64,000 bases of DNA from positions 6,246 through 70,245 of the forward strand of contig JAPKZG010000092.1 of the NCBI GenBank assembly GCA_026393895.1, read 5' to 3'. Position numbers and translations under genes: made by a program. The number at the start of each line of letters is the position of its first letter. Position 1 is the first letter of the stretch. Positions 1 through 9,781 of this stretch are shown here, one piece after another. Under the pieces are notes generated by a model. It searched no databases. It was not told where the DNA came from and worked only from the letters and a program-made list of their open reading frames with translations. This stretch comes from Candidatus Aminicenantes bacterium (GTDB lineage: Bacteria; Acidobacteriota; Aminicenantia; Aminicenantales; UBA4085).

Positions 1-1379
1 ACCAGGGTTCCGAAACCGCGCGGCCGTCCATTTTTCCCGGCCCGGAGGATCGGTAAAAGAAAAACGGCCGGGAGAACGACCCAGGCCGATCCGTGAAATA
101 AACCGGCAACCGCCGCCCAGACGGCCGCGAGTACGAGATCGCGGTTCCGTCCTCCCTCCGGGCTGAGAAAGCGTCGTGCCGAAATCGCCGCGGCCAGGAG
201 AAACGGGAGCGGAAAATAAGCGAATTCAGGATACCCGATCAAGAAGGCCTGGAACCCGAACGTCGAGGCGAGGATCAGGAACAATGCTTTTTTTTCGCGG
301 GAAAAGCGCGTTTCTCCGGAAATGAAAACCGTCAGGGCGATCAGGGTCAGAATTCCCATGAGCTTCGCCGTCAGGACTTGGGCAAAGGAGGATGTAACGG
401 ACGGAACGAAAACCCGGCAAAGATGCAAGATCGCTTTTGTCAGAGGAAAGCTTAAGAATTCGGCGCCGAATAAAAGCCTCGACTTTAAGTTCAGAATACT
501 CATCCATTGAGACGAGTCGCCGCAAATCGGAACTCGATAATCGGGATAAATCAATAATCCCAAAGCCGAGAGAAGAAGGGGCCAGATATAAAGACGAAGA
601 CGGTATTTGCGAAAAATCAAATAGACGAGGGTGAGCCCGGCGCCCAAGGCCGCGTTGAAGGCCAGAATCCGGGGCAGGCGGGCGCCGAGCCCTCCGGCGA
701 ATCCAAAAAATGAGCCCGGGTGAAAAACGATCTCGAGAACGGCCGCGGCCGCCGTTCCCAGGAACCCCGTCGCGATCAGGCGGACGAGCCCGTCGTCGGC
801 CGAGGTCTTCCCCCAGAGCATTCTAAGGATCCAAACCGCCGCCGTTAAAAACAACAGGGATATGAAGAAAACGAATAAAACCTTGACGAAAAACACCGAA
901 GGACGAAACACCGGTCGGAAAATCACCTCGACTTTCATGGTCCTGACGCCCGCCCGGGCGGGCGTCAGGCGGATCGTCCAGTCGGTCAAATCCTCCGCGG
1001 CGGGAACCGCGTATCGTTTCGGAGAAATCATCCGAAACCGGGATTTCCGAGGTCCGACGGAATTCGACGTCGTGGGGACGAGAACTTCGATCCCGGCCAG
1101 ACGTTCCGACGCGACGAGATGAACGTCGCCTTCGCGGACGACGTTCGGATAAAATATACTCGCGAGGGGAAGGGAAAAACGGCCGTCTTTAGAACTGGAT
1201 ATGCGTTGCGTTTTTGAATACGAGCGATGGAAAAGGAACCACTCATCAGCGGCCAGAAAAAGACAGGCCAGGACGGCGGCCGAGACGAGAACGCGCTCTT
1301 TCAGCGACGGAAGGAAATTTCCTTTTTCCCTCGGCGCAGGAATGACTGCTCCGGCCGATGAGCCTCCGCGATTTAACAC
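1..1379 (-). CDS. Polytopic membrane protein, possibly GT-C-like (partial, runs off the left edge)
   Basis: Not in the ORF track because it has no stop in the window. My translation from GTG 1379 is open to base 1 (..LKERVLVSAAVLACLFLAADEWF..GYPEFAYFPLPFLLAAA..AGLFHGSAWVVLP) with many hydrophobic segments. Start uncertain. Confidence 0.7.
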   Translation of the reverse strand, partial: MLNRGGSSAGAVIPAPREKGNFLPSLKERVLVSAAVLACLFLAADEWFLFHRSYSKTQRISSSKDGRFSLPLASIFYPNVVREGDVHLVASERLAGIEVLVPTTSNSVGPRKSRFRMISPKRYAVPAAEDLTDWTIRLTPARAGVRTMKVEVIFRPVFRPSVFFVKVLFVFFISLLFLTAAVWILRMLWGKTSADDGLVRLIATGFLGTAAAAVLEIVFHPGSFFGFAGGLGARLPRILAFNAALGAGLTLVYLIFRKYRLRLYIWPLLLSALGLLIYPDYRVPICGDSSQWMSILNLKSRLLFGAEFLSFPLTKAILHLCRVFVPSVTSSFAQVLTAKLMGILTLIALTVFISGETRFSREKKALFLILASTFGFQAFLIGYPEFAYFPLPFLLAAAISARRFLSPEGGRNRDLVLAAVWAAVAGLFHGSAWVVLPAVFLLPILRAGKNGRPRGFGTL

Positions 1380-1427
1380 GCCGGGAGTGTACTTCCAGTC
1401 GCTCGGGGATGTCAATTTCAGCGGAAA
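1362..1427 (-). repeat. Copy 1 of a ~66-bp dispersed repeat containing a sigma70 promoter (TTGACA-N18-TACACT)
   Basis: Near-identical to 10525-10590 with only a few differences; same orientation. Confidence 0.85.
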
Positions 1428-1848
1428 CCGGGAAAGCGGTCTTGACCTGCCGTCACTTAGAGTACCGCCTTTTCAGGCAGAGGAACCCACTTAAAGCCCA
1501 TCAGGCGATGCTTCTTGCTGCCTCAATCAAATGTTATCCGAATATTCGGGATTTAAACAGAGGAGCCGTCTCGCCATCACGATGCCCTTAATGGCTCCCC
1601 GAGTCCTGATGGTTGCTTCCCTACGAACGTTGGATGGAAAATCGACATTGCGATCGACGATCGTCTTGCGCTCGCCAATCGGAGGGGCTCCATACCTTTT
1701 CTTTCTCTCCAGGAAGTAATATTATTGCCTGTCGGCATTCAAGGCATCACATGGCGGCAAAGGCGGTCATATGATCGGTTAACAATGCCTTGCCGCGGGA
1801 GATGATGGCCGGGACAACCCGCTCCGAGCCGCCGGCGCGCCGCAGACT

Positions 1849-2826
1849 TTACTTCTTGATCGCGTTGAGAATGTTCTTGGCCAGGGCCGCCCGTTCGCCT
1901 TCGGGCTCGAGCGTCAGGAACTTTTCGAACATTTTTGCGGCACTGTCGTTATCGGCCTTGTTGAGATACACGTAGCCCATCTTGAGGTACGGGTCGGGCC
2001 ACTCCGGCTTGATCTGAGTCGCCAGCTCGAAATACTTCTGAGCCTCCTCGAGATTCTGGTTGGAGAAATAGATTTCGCCGACGTTGTAGGCCAGGATTTC
2101 ATCCTTGGGCGAGCGTTCGATCGATTGCCGGAAATATTCCTGGGCTTCGGCGAGCTTGTTCTGCTTGAGATAGATGTCGCCGATGCCGGCCAGGGCTTTG
2201 CCCGACACGTCCTTGCCCAAGGTCGGGTCGCACGACGAGAGCTCGATGATCTTATTGTAGAGTTCCGTCGCTTTATCGAACTCTCCCTTCTCCCGGTAGG
2301 CATCGGCTATGTTGAGCTGGACCTGGTAAGCCCGGGGGTTCATCTCCAGGAATAGCTCGTACTGGGCGATGGCCTCATCGTATTTCCCGTCCTTGTAGAG
2401 CTGGTTCCCTAACTCGAGAAAGATGAACGACGATTCGTCCTGGATGATTGCTCCGCTCGTGTTGTCCGCGCTGACTTTCTTTATCTTGACCCAAACCTTG
2501 GGGTTGCGAGCGAGCTGGGTTACCGAGACCGTTTGGGTGTATGGTTCATAGCCCTTCATGACAACCGCGAGCTCCCATTGACCCGTTCCCAGGCCCAGGA
2601 ACGACCACTCGCCTTTCTCGTCGGTTTTAGTCTCGTGCTTGACCCCGCCGGCGTCCTGCGTGTAAGACAGAGTGACCTGGACGCCTTCGAGGGGCTCGCC
2701 ATTTTGGTCTGTGACGACGCCGTAGAGGTGGGCGGTGCCGCGTCCCGCTTGGGCAAAAACAAGGCCGGCGGCAATAAATATGACCATGAGACCGAGCAAA
2801 AATGCTCGAGGGGTTTTGGTGTTCAT
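1849..2826 (-). CDS. Secreted carboxypeptidase-regulatory-like domain + TPR protein
   Basis: Signal peptide; GVVTDQNGEPLEGVQV..TDEKGEWSFLGL..G pattern; C-terminal TPRs. Start moved to ATG 2826 (GGAGG RBS) because the track start lies inside a sigma54 motif. Confidence 0.85.
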   Translation of the reverse strand: MNTKTPRAFLLGLMVIFIAAGLVFAQAGRGTAHLYGVVTDQNGEPLEGVQVTLSYTQDAGGVKHETKTDEKGEWSFLGLGTGQWELAVVMKGYEPYTQTVSVTQLARNPKVWVKIKKVSADNTSGAIIQDESSFIFLELGNQLYKDGKYDEAIAQYELFLEMNPRAYQVQLNIADAYREKGEFDKATELYNKIIELSSCDPTLGKDVSGKALAGIGDIYLKQNKLAEAQEYFRQSIERSPKDEILAYNVGEIYFSNQNLEEAQKYFELATQIKPEWPDPYLKMGYVYLNKADNDSAAKMFEKFLTLEPEGERAALAKNILNAIKK

Positions 2827-2854
2827 TCGTAACCTCCATCCATAATAATATGAG

Positions 2855-2870
2855 AGCAAATATCGTGCCA
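2855..2870 (-). promoter_or_regulatory. sigma54 (RpoN) -24/-12 promoter
   Basis: Minus strand TGGCACGATATTTGCT matches the TGGCACG-N4-TTGCW consensus, ~30 nt upstream of ATG 2826. Confidence 0.8.
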
Positions 2871-3058
2871 TCCTTGTCTTTGGGTCCGTCCAGGAGAGAG
2901 AAGCCCCTCTCTATGTTCGGCTCTCTCCTTCAGTTGTCCGGTTCATTGACCTCAACAGGGGACATTATATCATTTTTCCGGGATCGAAGGAATAACGCCC
3001 GAGCTTAGGCTATCCGATTAAATGAGTTGACAAGTGCTCGCCCCGACAGGGGAAGCGT

Positions 3059-3967
3059 TTAGATTGAGAGTTTGATCCGCCTGTAGGCTTTGCTTCCGTC
3101 ATTGGCGTTCTCAAGGGTCAGCCTTAGCCAATAATCGCCCTCTCGCGCCTCGACCGGAACCTCGATGACATGATTCTTATCCTGGGATTCCCGGAGCTTG
3201 TCTTCCGTTATTTCGAGCGGATATTCGGTACGGGATTGACGGATCTCCTTCCCGTCCGTCTCCATGAGATCGAGGGTCAGGATGAATGTCGCCCGCAGGG
3301 TTTTATCCTTGACATCGAACCGGATCGCCCGGAAGGGGATGGCGACCTCGACCAAAGCCCGGCCGGGTTTGGTTTCCTTAACCTTGACACTGAAGTCGAT
3401 TTGCTCCTTCTCGGCCGCGATCTGGGGCTGCCATTCCATCTGGGCCCGGTTGAGGATCGAGAGCTGTTCGACGCTCACCGGGTCGAGTTTGTAGTTGCCG
3501 TTCCACCACTCGTCGGTGAAAACGATCGGGAAGAACCCGTAGTACCAGATCTCGGTCGGCACGCCGTAGAAGGTGATCCCTCGGGGGTAGGTGATCCGGT
3601 TCGTGGGCGGGCCGAGCAGGATATAGACCCGGCCGCGGTCCTGGAGCCAGCCGGGCTCGGCGGCTTCGGTGAACAGATGGTTCGCTTCGGCGATGCGGGC
3701 GAAGTACTGGTCCTTGAATTCGTTGGCGCCGGTTTCCGGCCGGGGGGCACGCTTTTCCCAGAACTCATCCACAAACGCTTTCCTGTCTCCGGCCGGGATG
3801 GCCAGGAAGCGTTCCCGTTCCTGCTTCGTAATGATGTAACGGACCTTGGAAAGGAAATCCCGGCTCTCATCGTCCAAGCTCTTGACGGCCTGGGACGTGG
3901 CGCAGGCGGCAGCCAAGGCGGCCATCGCCAGGACTAAAACGCCGAGATGCCTTCCCGAAGCTTTCAT
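3059..3967 (-). CDS. GWxTD-domain lipoprotein
   Basis: Lipobox LAAAC; FWEKR..R..AN..F..PGWLQDRGRVYILLGPP motif. Confidence 0.85.
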   Translation of the reverse strand: MKASGRHLGVLVLAMAALAAACATSQAVKSLDDESRDFLSKVRYIITKQERERFLAIPAGDRKAFVDEFWEKRAPRPETGANEFKDQYFARIAEANHLFTEAAEPGWLQDRGRVYILLGPPTNRITYPRGITFYGVPTEIWYYGFFPIVFTDEWWNGNYKLDPVSVEQLSILNRAQMEWQPQIAAEKEQIDFSVKVKETKPGRALVEVAIPFRAIRFDVKDKTLRATFILTLDLMETDGKEIRQSRTEYPLEITEDKLRESQDKNHVIEVPVEAREGDYWLRLTLENANDGSKAYRRIKLSI

Positions 3968-6057
3968 TTTTTTTGCTTGAGCTCTTGGACCCTCTCCTTG
4001 AGTTTCGGTTGATTCGGTTCGATCCGAAGCGAGTGCTCCCAGGCGGCGAGAGCTTCCGCGATATTCCCCACCTGGCTATAGCACTCCCCGACGGCATTGA
4101 GGACATTCAGGTTGGCCCCGAAATGGGCCAGGTAATCCTTGTAATAAGCAATCGCCTCCGCGTGCTCGCCAAGGGCCTGACAAGCCCGGCCCGCGGGTTC
4201 TAGGAATTCCCACTTCCGGTCGTCGGCGAGGAAGGGCTGGGCGGCGGCCTTCACTCCCGCATACTCCTTGAGTTCGAGAAGGAGCCGGGCGTAATCGAGG
4301 GCGAAGGAGGCCGAGTTCGGGTCGCGCCGGACGGCCGCTTCAAGAAGGGGCCGCGACTCGGCGAGGTCCTTCTTATTCATGTACTGAAGCCCGACGATGT
4401 TGGAAAACTGAGGCGCGTTCGACGGCGGCAGCGGGATGGACAGGACCCAAGGCCGCATCAGGCTCGGAAGGGCCGTGATCAGGAAATGCTCTTCTACGGC
4501 GATACGCTGGGCACGGGCGGCGTTCTGGACGGAGATGCGGAGGATATAATAGGCGGGCGACCAGTTCGCCAGGGAGAATTTCTCGAATATATTCGTCCGG
4601 TCCGGGTATTCGGCGAGGGTTTTCGTGACGGTTTGAACAGTCTCCGGCCCCTTTTCAGTTTCCTTAAGGATTGTATACTCGACGACGCCGCCGTTCCGGA
4701 CATCCTCGGGCGCGTTCTGGAGCTGGAAAAACGTGTAGAGAGTTTCACCGGGGAGGAAGTCGTTGCGCGGCGATGGGGTCAGCTGAAGGTCACCGAAAAG
4801 GAAGGGCTTGGTCTGCCCGCGGTACCGGGAGGCCGTGTCGACCCTATTCGCGAGAGCGGGCGCGTAAAGAGTGAACGCTCCGGGCGCCGGGATGATAAGG
4901 CTGGCCTCGGCGGATGTGAACTCCCGAGAAACGCGGTTTTTGAGAAGGATGTTGATTTTGTAGGAGCCGGGGATGAGCGGGAAGACGTCCTGGAAACTAA
5001 AGAGCTTGCCGCGGATGGCCGCAAGCTGCGACTCCGTCATATCGAAGGGGACGGACCGGTTGAACTGGTAGACGACGACGCCCTGCGGGTCGGTCACGGA
5101 GACGTCCGCCTCGAGGTCAGCGTGATAGCGGTCCTCGACGGGCTCGAACGTCAGGCGCTTGGGCTCGATGAGGTAATGGACGAAGGCGAACCCTCCTGGG
5201 TCCTGATAAACCCGAATGAGGGCATCGCTGTCGATGTAGTTGGCCGTATAATCGACTTCGATGATGTCCTTGTAGCGCAGGAGCTTTTCGGCGTACTCGT
5301 CTTTGACCTTCTCGAACGGGGCGGACGGGATGCGGGTTCCGAGAAGAATCTCCGAGGACATCGTCGGCCGGGGCGAGAGCAAACTTTCGCCGGGGATGAG
5401 GGATAGCGAGACGCTGGCAATCGCCGGCTCGATGTCCATCATCTGGAGGTAGGCGCTCTCATAATCTATCGGGTCACCCATGTAGTTATTGAGGAGCTTC
5501 TGCGGCCCGTCCTTCATCGGGCTGTAAAGGACGTAGTTGCCGGTCCCCTCCGCCTTGAAAAAGACGACGTTGAAGCTGTTGGGAAGGCCGAGAGAAGCCA
5601 TTCCGTCATAAAACCAGATGATTGTCGGGAAGACCTGGGTCAGGTTCTCAAAACGGTCGATCGTCTTGGGTTCTCCGAGGAGGATGTAGATGCGGCCCAT
5701 GTCGGTCCGCCATCCCGGACCGGGGAAGCCCCTTCCTAACCATTGGTTGGCGAAAGCGATACGCCGAGAGTGTTCCTCCCGGTACTCGTTCTTGTCCGTA
5801 TCGGGCGTGGGATCGCGCTGCTTCCAGAACGCCTTGATGAAGACCTCGCGCTCGCGGTCGCTATCGAGCTGGAGGAAAACGTCGCGTTCCTTCGGGGTGA
5901 TGATGTAGACGACTTCCTCCTCGAGCCACTTGCGGTACTGTGCCGGAAGATCCTTGGACGATTTCTTCTGGGCTTGGGCCGAGGCCGGTCCCGACAGGAA
6001 GAGGGCAAGGGATAAAACGAGCAAAAGCCCAATGACGAGAATAATCAGACGCTTCAT
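3964..6057 (-). CDS. GWxTD-domain protein with C-terminal TPRs
   Basis: Signal peptide; WLEEEVVYIIT..FWKQRDP..GWRTDMGRIYILLGEP; TPR-like C-terminus; ATGA overlap with the next gene. Confidence 0.88.
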   Translation of the reverse strand: MKRLIILVIGLLLVLSLALFLSGPASAQAQKKSSKDLPAQYRKWLEEEVVYIITPKERDVFLQLDSDREREVFIKAFWKQRDPTPDTDKNEYREEHSRRIAFANQWLGRGFPGPGWRTDMGRIYILLGEPKTIDRFENLTQVFPTIIWFYDGMASLGLPNSFNVVFFKAEGTGNYVLYSPMKDGPQKLLNNYMGDPIDYESAYLQMMDIEPAIASVSLSLIPGESLLSPRPTMSSEILLGTRIPSAPFEKVKDEYAEKLLRYKDIIEVDYTANYIDSDALIRVYQDPGGFAFVHYLIEPKRLTFEPVEDRYHADLEADVSVTDPQGVVVYQFNRSVPFDMTESQLAAIRGKLFSFQDVFPLIPGSYKINILLKNRVSREFTSAEASLIIPAPGAFTLYAPALANRVDTASRYRGQTKPFLFGDLQLTPSPRNDFLPGETLYTFFQLQNAPEDVRNGGVVEYTILKETEKGPETVQTVTKTLAEYPDRTNIFEKFSLANWSPAYYILRISVQNAARAQRIAVEEHFLITALPSLMRPWVLSIPLPPSNAPQFSNIVGLQYMNKKDLAESRPLLEAAVRRDPNSASFALDYARLLLELKEYAGVKAAAQPFLADDRKWEFLEPAGRACQALGEHAEAIAYYKDYLAHFGANLNVLNAVGECYSQVGNIAEALAAWEHSLRIEPNQPKLKERVQELKQKK

Positions 6058-6326
6058 GATGTTCTCATTTTATCATATCCGAAGGCATCCCGGTATCAAC
6101 TCTTAATTTCATTAACGCACTTCGCCCCCCGCTCGTTGCAGGGTAAGAGTGGTCGCTTTCTGCGGCGCCTTAATCCAAATTAATGGATTTGAATACAAAA
6201 GAATGGATAAGGCGTAACTTTACAGTCTGAAAAAAATGACCTCCGGAGGCGGATTTATTTAACTTATTCCCTGTTGATAAGGCAGGAACCTCTGGAATCT
6301 CCTCTCCCCCTGAGGATCTCATTAAT

Positions 6327-6342
6327 TGGCACGTTTATTGCT
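6327..6342 (+). promoter_or_regulatory. sigma54 (RpoN) -24/-12 promoter upstream of the TBDR
   Basis: TGGCACGTTTATTGCT, a perfect consensus, in an AT-rich intergenic region 180 nt upstream of ATG 6522. Confidence 0.8.
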
Positions 6343-6521
6343 CAATAAACAAATATGAAATTTGAAAGGAGGAGACTGAATGACTTGATGGATAAGTGTC
6401 GGCTATTGGGTGAGAGAACGCGCCTATCCCGTTGCCCGGGAACGGTTTGTGAGCTCTCAAGGGAGTATATAGGGATCGTATCATCCTCGGAGAGAAGGAT
6501 GAACAAAAAAGGAGAGAATTA

Positions 6522-9500
6522 ATGAAAAAGTTGCGAATCGTTTTCCTGCTGGCCATAAGCGCGCTGCTTCTCGCCGGCACGCTTTCGGCCCAGCGATCTA
6601 CTGGACAAATCTTCGGCAAAGTTGCGGACGATCAGGGGGTGCCTCTTCCCGGCGTCTCCATCACGGCGCAAGGGCCGCGCCTGGTCGGCCAGGCCACCGA
6701 TATAACAAACGCCCTGGGCGGCTACCGGCTGCTCGCCCTTCCGCCAGGGACCTATACTATTGAGTACACCTTGGCCGGGTTCACGCCGCTCGCCCGGAAA
6801 GACGTCGTCGTCGGGGCTGAAATGACCGTAACCCTCGACATCACCTTGACGGCGAGCACGATCGAGGAGCAGATTACGGTAGTCGGGCAATCCCCGCTCA
6901 TCGACGTCAAAAGCACGACCCGGGGCGCGGCGATGAACAGGCAAGTGTTCACCCTGCTGCCCAAGGGACGGAACTTTGACTCGCTTCTGGTCACCGTGCC
7001 CGGTGTGACCTACGAGCCCATGCTCGGCGGGACATCCGTCGACGGCGCCTCCGGTGCCGAGAACATGTGGTATGTCGACGGCATCAGTACTTCCAACCTG
7101 ATCAACGGCACGAGCGGCCAGGGGGTCAATTTCGATTTCGTCGAGGAAGTCAACTTCAAGTCATCGGGCTACAACGCCGAATACGGCGGCTCCCTCGGCG
7201 GCGTCGTCAGCGTCCTGACCAGGTCGGGTGGGAACGAGTTTCACGGAGAGGTCCTGGGCTATTACACCGGCGAAGATCTGACGGCCCGCCGCCGTGATAT
7301 CCTCGAATACAATATGTTCGACGGCTCGCGCGATCAGTCGGCCATGTACTACTCCTGGGAAGAATACGTGGGCAAGCAGAAGTGGTCCAACATCGAGGGC
7401 GGACTGAACCTGGGCGGCTACATCATCAAGGACCGGCTCTGGTTCTTCGCTTCGGCCATTCCCAACTACAACAATTTCACCCGGACACTTGACTACAGCA
7501 TCCAGGGCCTCACAGATCCCTCGAGGGATATCAACCAAAAGCAGCTGGACTGGAACGCCCAGGTCAAGATCTCGGCCCAGCCGTTCAAGAACCTTCGCGT
7601 CAGCGCCGGCTTCATCAATAACATGTCGACGGTGCGCGGTAGCGCCTCCGGTTTTCCCAGCTCCTACACAGCGAGCACAACCGTCGACTACGACGCCTAC
7701 GATTTCGACTACCCGAACATGAGCGCCAGCGCCACCGCCGACTGGATCGTCTCCAGCAACTTCATGGTCAGCGCCCGCGGCGGCTTCTTCAGGACGGACC
7801 AGAACAACCAGCAACCCTGGCCGCCAACCACGAGTCCGTACTACGGTTTCCGTATGGAACAGCCGTACCAGTATGCCTCGAGCAACAACCTGATGTTCCC
7901 GGAGATCCCCGCCGAACTACGGCACGTCCCGGGCTGGCAGAACTTTCCCCGCGCTAACGTCTTGGGCGTCCTCAAGACTGTCCGTCAGAAGATTAACGCC
8001 AACCTCGACCTGTCATACTTCGCAAGCCTCGGAGGCGAACACGCCATCAAGATCGGTGGCCAGTTTATCCGGCAGGGCGAGAACGTCGATCAGGGTGGTC
8101 AACAGCCGGTTGTCTACCTCGCTTGGAACCAAAATCTGACCATGTACGGGGTGGACTACGCCCGGGGCTACTACGGTTGGTACGCCGTCCGCGGGAACAC
8201 GGATTCCGGCCCCTACGGCTCGGTTTACAATGCGTTCAGTAATCAGTGGGCCTTTTACGCCCAGGACAGTTGGACCATCGGCCAGAGGCTCACGATCAAT
8301 GCCGGCGTCCGGGCCGAGTCCGAGTACATCCCGAGCTACAGCCAGGATCCGCTCTACGCCAGTGTGAAAGCCATCTCATTCCCCTTCGACAAGAAGATTT
8401 CGCCGCGGTTCGGCGTCATCTATGATGTCTTCGGCGACTCGAGCCTGAAGGCCTATGGCTCGTTTGCCATCTACCAGGACGTCATGAAGCTCGACGTAGC
8501 GGCCAACGCCTTCGGCGGATTCAAGTGGAAGAGCGCTTACTACACCCTGGACGATTGGGACTACACAAAGATCGGGGTCAACGGCAACTACCCGGGAACG
8601 TTATTGGAGGTTCTGGATTTTCGGGCTCCCTCCTTTGGCCAGGTCGACCCCGACATAAGACCCTTCACCCAGCGGGAAATCGCCGTCGGCGTGGATAAGA
8701 AGCTCACTGAGGATTTCTCGGCCTCCCTTCGCGTCGTGAACAAGTCGGTCCTCTACGCCGTCGATGACATGGCCATTGTCATTCCGGGCGTCGGTGAATC
8801 ATACTTTTACAGCTGGATCGGCTCTCCCTTCATGGCCAAAAAATATGCCGAGGCCAAGGCGTTGGGCACGATGCCCGAGGGCGTGCCGAATATGCCGAAG
8901 GCCAAACGCGAGTACTGGGGCGTGAACCTCAGCTTGGACAAGCGGCTGAGCAACAACTGGCTCATGGGCATTTCGGGGACATGGAGCAGCCTGAGGGGCA
9001 ACTATTCCGGGTTGGCCAATTCCGACGAAAACGGCCGCAATAACCCCAACGGCGAGCGCTCGTTCGACCTGTGGTATTTCCAGCAAGACTATAACATGAA
9101 CCCGATCGACGGCCCGCTCGCCACCGACCGGCCGCTCGTCTTCAAGGCGTACGGCAGCTACGTCTTCCCCATGGGTTTGACGGTCGGCGCGGTCATGCAG
9201 GCTATGTCCGGCACGCCGCTGACCACGTCCTGGAACTTCGACGGCCCGGGGTATTACCCGTACAACCGCGGCGACCTCGGCCGGACTCCTATGCTTTACT
9301 ACGCGGATGCCTATATCGAGTACAACTTGCGCCTGGCCGAACGGTACGGTCTCCAGTTCAGCGTCAACTTGAGCAACGTCTTCAACGTCGAAACTCCTAC
9401 CTACATCAACACCCTTGTGTACAGGGACAACGTGTCGCACGACGACGCCGCTATCTTGACCAAAACATGGGTGCCTGATCCGGAAGCCGCGAAGGACGGC

Positions 9501-9569
9501 TTTTTCGGCAAAGCCAGCACTTTCTTCGCCCCGTTCCAAGCTCGCCTCGGAGTGAAATTCAGCTTCTAA
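6522..9569 (+). CDS. TonB-dependent receptor, Oar-like, with N-terminal carboxypeptidase-regulatory-like domain
   Basis: Signal peptide; LPKGRNF and GYNAEYGGSLGGVV..TRSGGNEFHG plug motifs; YAQDSW barrel strand; C-terminal RLGVKFSF beta-signal. Confidence 0.92.
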   Translation: MKKLRIVFLLAISALLLAGTLSAQRSTGQIFGKVADDQGVPLPGVSITAQGPRLVGQATDITNALGGYRLLALPPGTYTIEYTLAGFTPLARKDVVVGAEMTVTLDITLTASTIEEQITVVGQSPLIDVKSTTRGAAMNRQVFTLLPKGRNFDSLLVTVPGVTYEPMLGGTSVDGASGAENMWYVDGISTSNLINGTSGQGVNFDFVEEVNFKSSGYNAEYGGSLGGVVSVLTRSGGNEFHGEVLGYYTGEDLTARRRDILEYNMFDGSRDQSAMYYSWEEYVGKQKWSNIEGGLNLGGYIIKDRLWFFASAIPNYNNFTRTLDYSIQGLTDPSRDINQKQLDWNAQVKISAQPFKNLRVSAGFINNMSTVRGSASGFPSSYTASTTVDYDAYDFDYPNMSASATADWIVSSNFMVSARGGFFRTDQNNQQPWPPTTSPYYGFRMEQPYQYASSNNLMFPEIPAELRHVPGWQNFPRANVLGVLKTVRQKINANLDLSYFASLGGEHAIKIGGQFIRQGENVDQGGQQPVVYLAWNQNLTMYGVDYARGYYGWYAVRGNTDSGPYGSVYNAFSNQWAFYAQDSWTIGQRLTINAGVRAESEYIPSYSQDPLYASVKAISFPFDKKISPRFGVIYDVFGDSSLKAYGSFAIYQDVMKLDVAANAFGGFKWKSAYYTLDDWDYTKIGVNGNYPGTLLEVLDFRAPSFGQVDPDIRPFTQREIAVGVDKKLTEDFSASLRVVNKSVLYAVDDMAIVIPGVGESYFYSWIGSPFMAKKYAEAKALGTMPEGVPNMPKAKREYWGVNLSLDKRLSNNWLMGISGTWSSLRGNYSGLANSDENGRNNPNGERSFDLWYFQQDYNMNPIDGPLATDRPLVFKAYGSYVFPMGLTVGAVMQAMSGTPLTTSWNFDGPGYYPYNRGDLGRTPMLYYADAYIEYNLRLAERYGLQFSVNLSNVFNVETPTYINTLVYRDNVSHDDAAILTKTWVPDPEAAKDGFFGKASTFFAPFQARLGVKFSF

Positions 9570-9594
9570 CCTGATCAAGCTCCAACTACAACTC

Positions 9595-9633
9595 AAACCC
9601 GCCCCGGCTCCGGCCGGGGCGGGTTTTCTTTTT
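9595..9633 (+). terminator. Rho-independent terminator
   Basis: AAACCCGCCCCGGC-TCCG-GCCGGGGCGGGTTT followed by TCTTTTT. Confidence 0.88.
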
Positions 9634-9781
9634 CCATCTCTTTGACTTCCTGCATCTCCCTATCCGGCCAGACCTCGCCCCCGTTTATCCTGCCTTGACT
9701 CTAACTACGGACGGGAAAGACGGAGAGACAGTCCTCCGCCCGATGGTTGGATAGAGATTGCCCCTCTTTTATGAACGCTTC

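Noticed and set aside
1490-1790. Short ORFs in the lower-GC spacer
   Set aside because: No family motifs or convincing structure; cannot support a gene or ncRNA.
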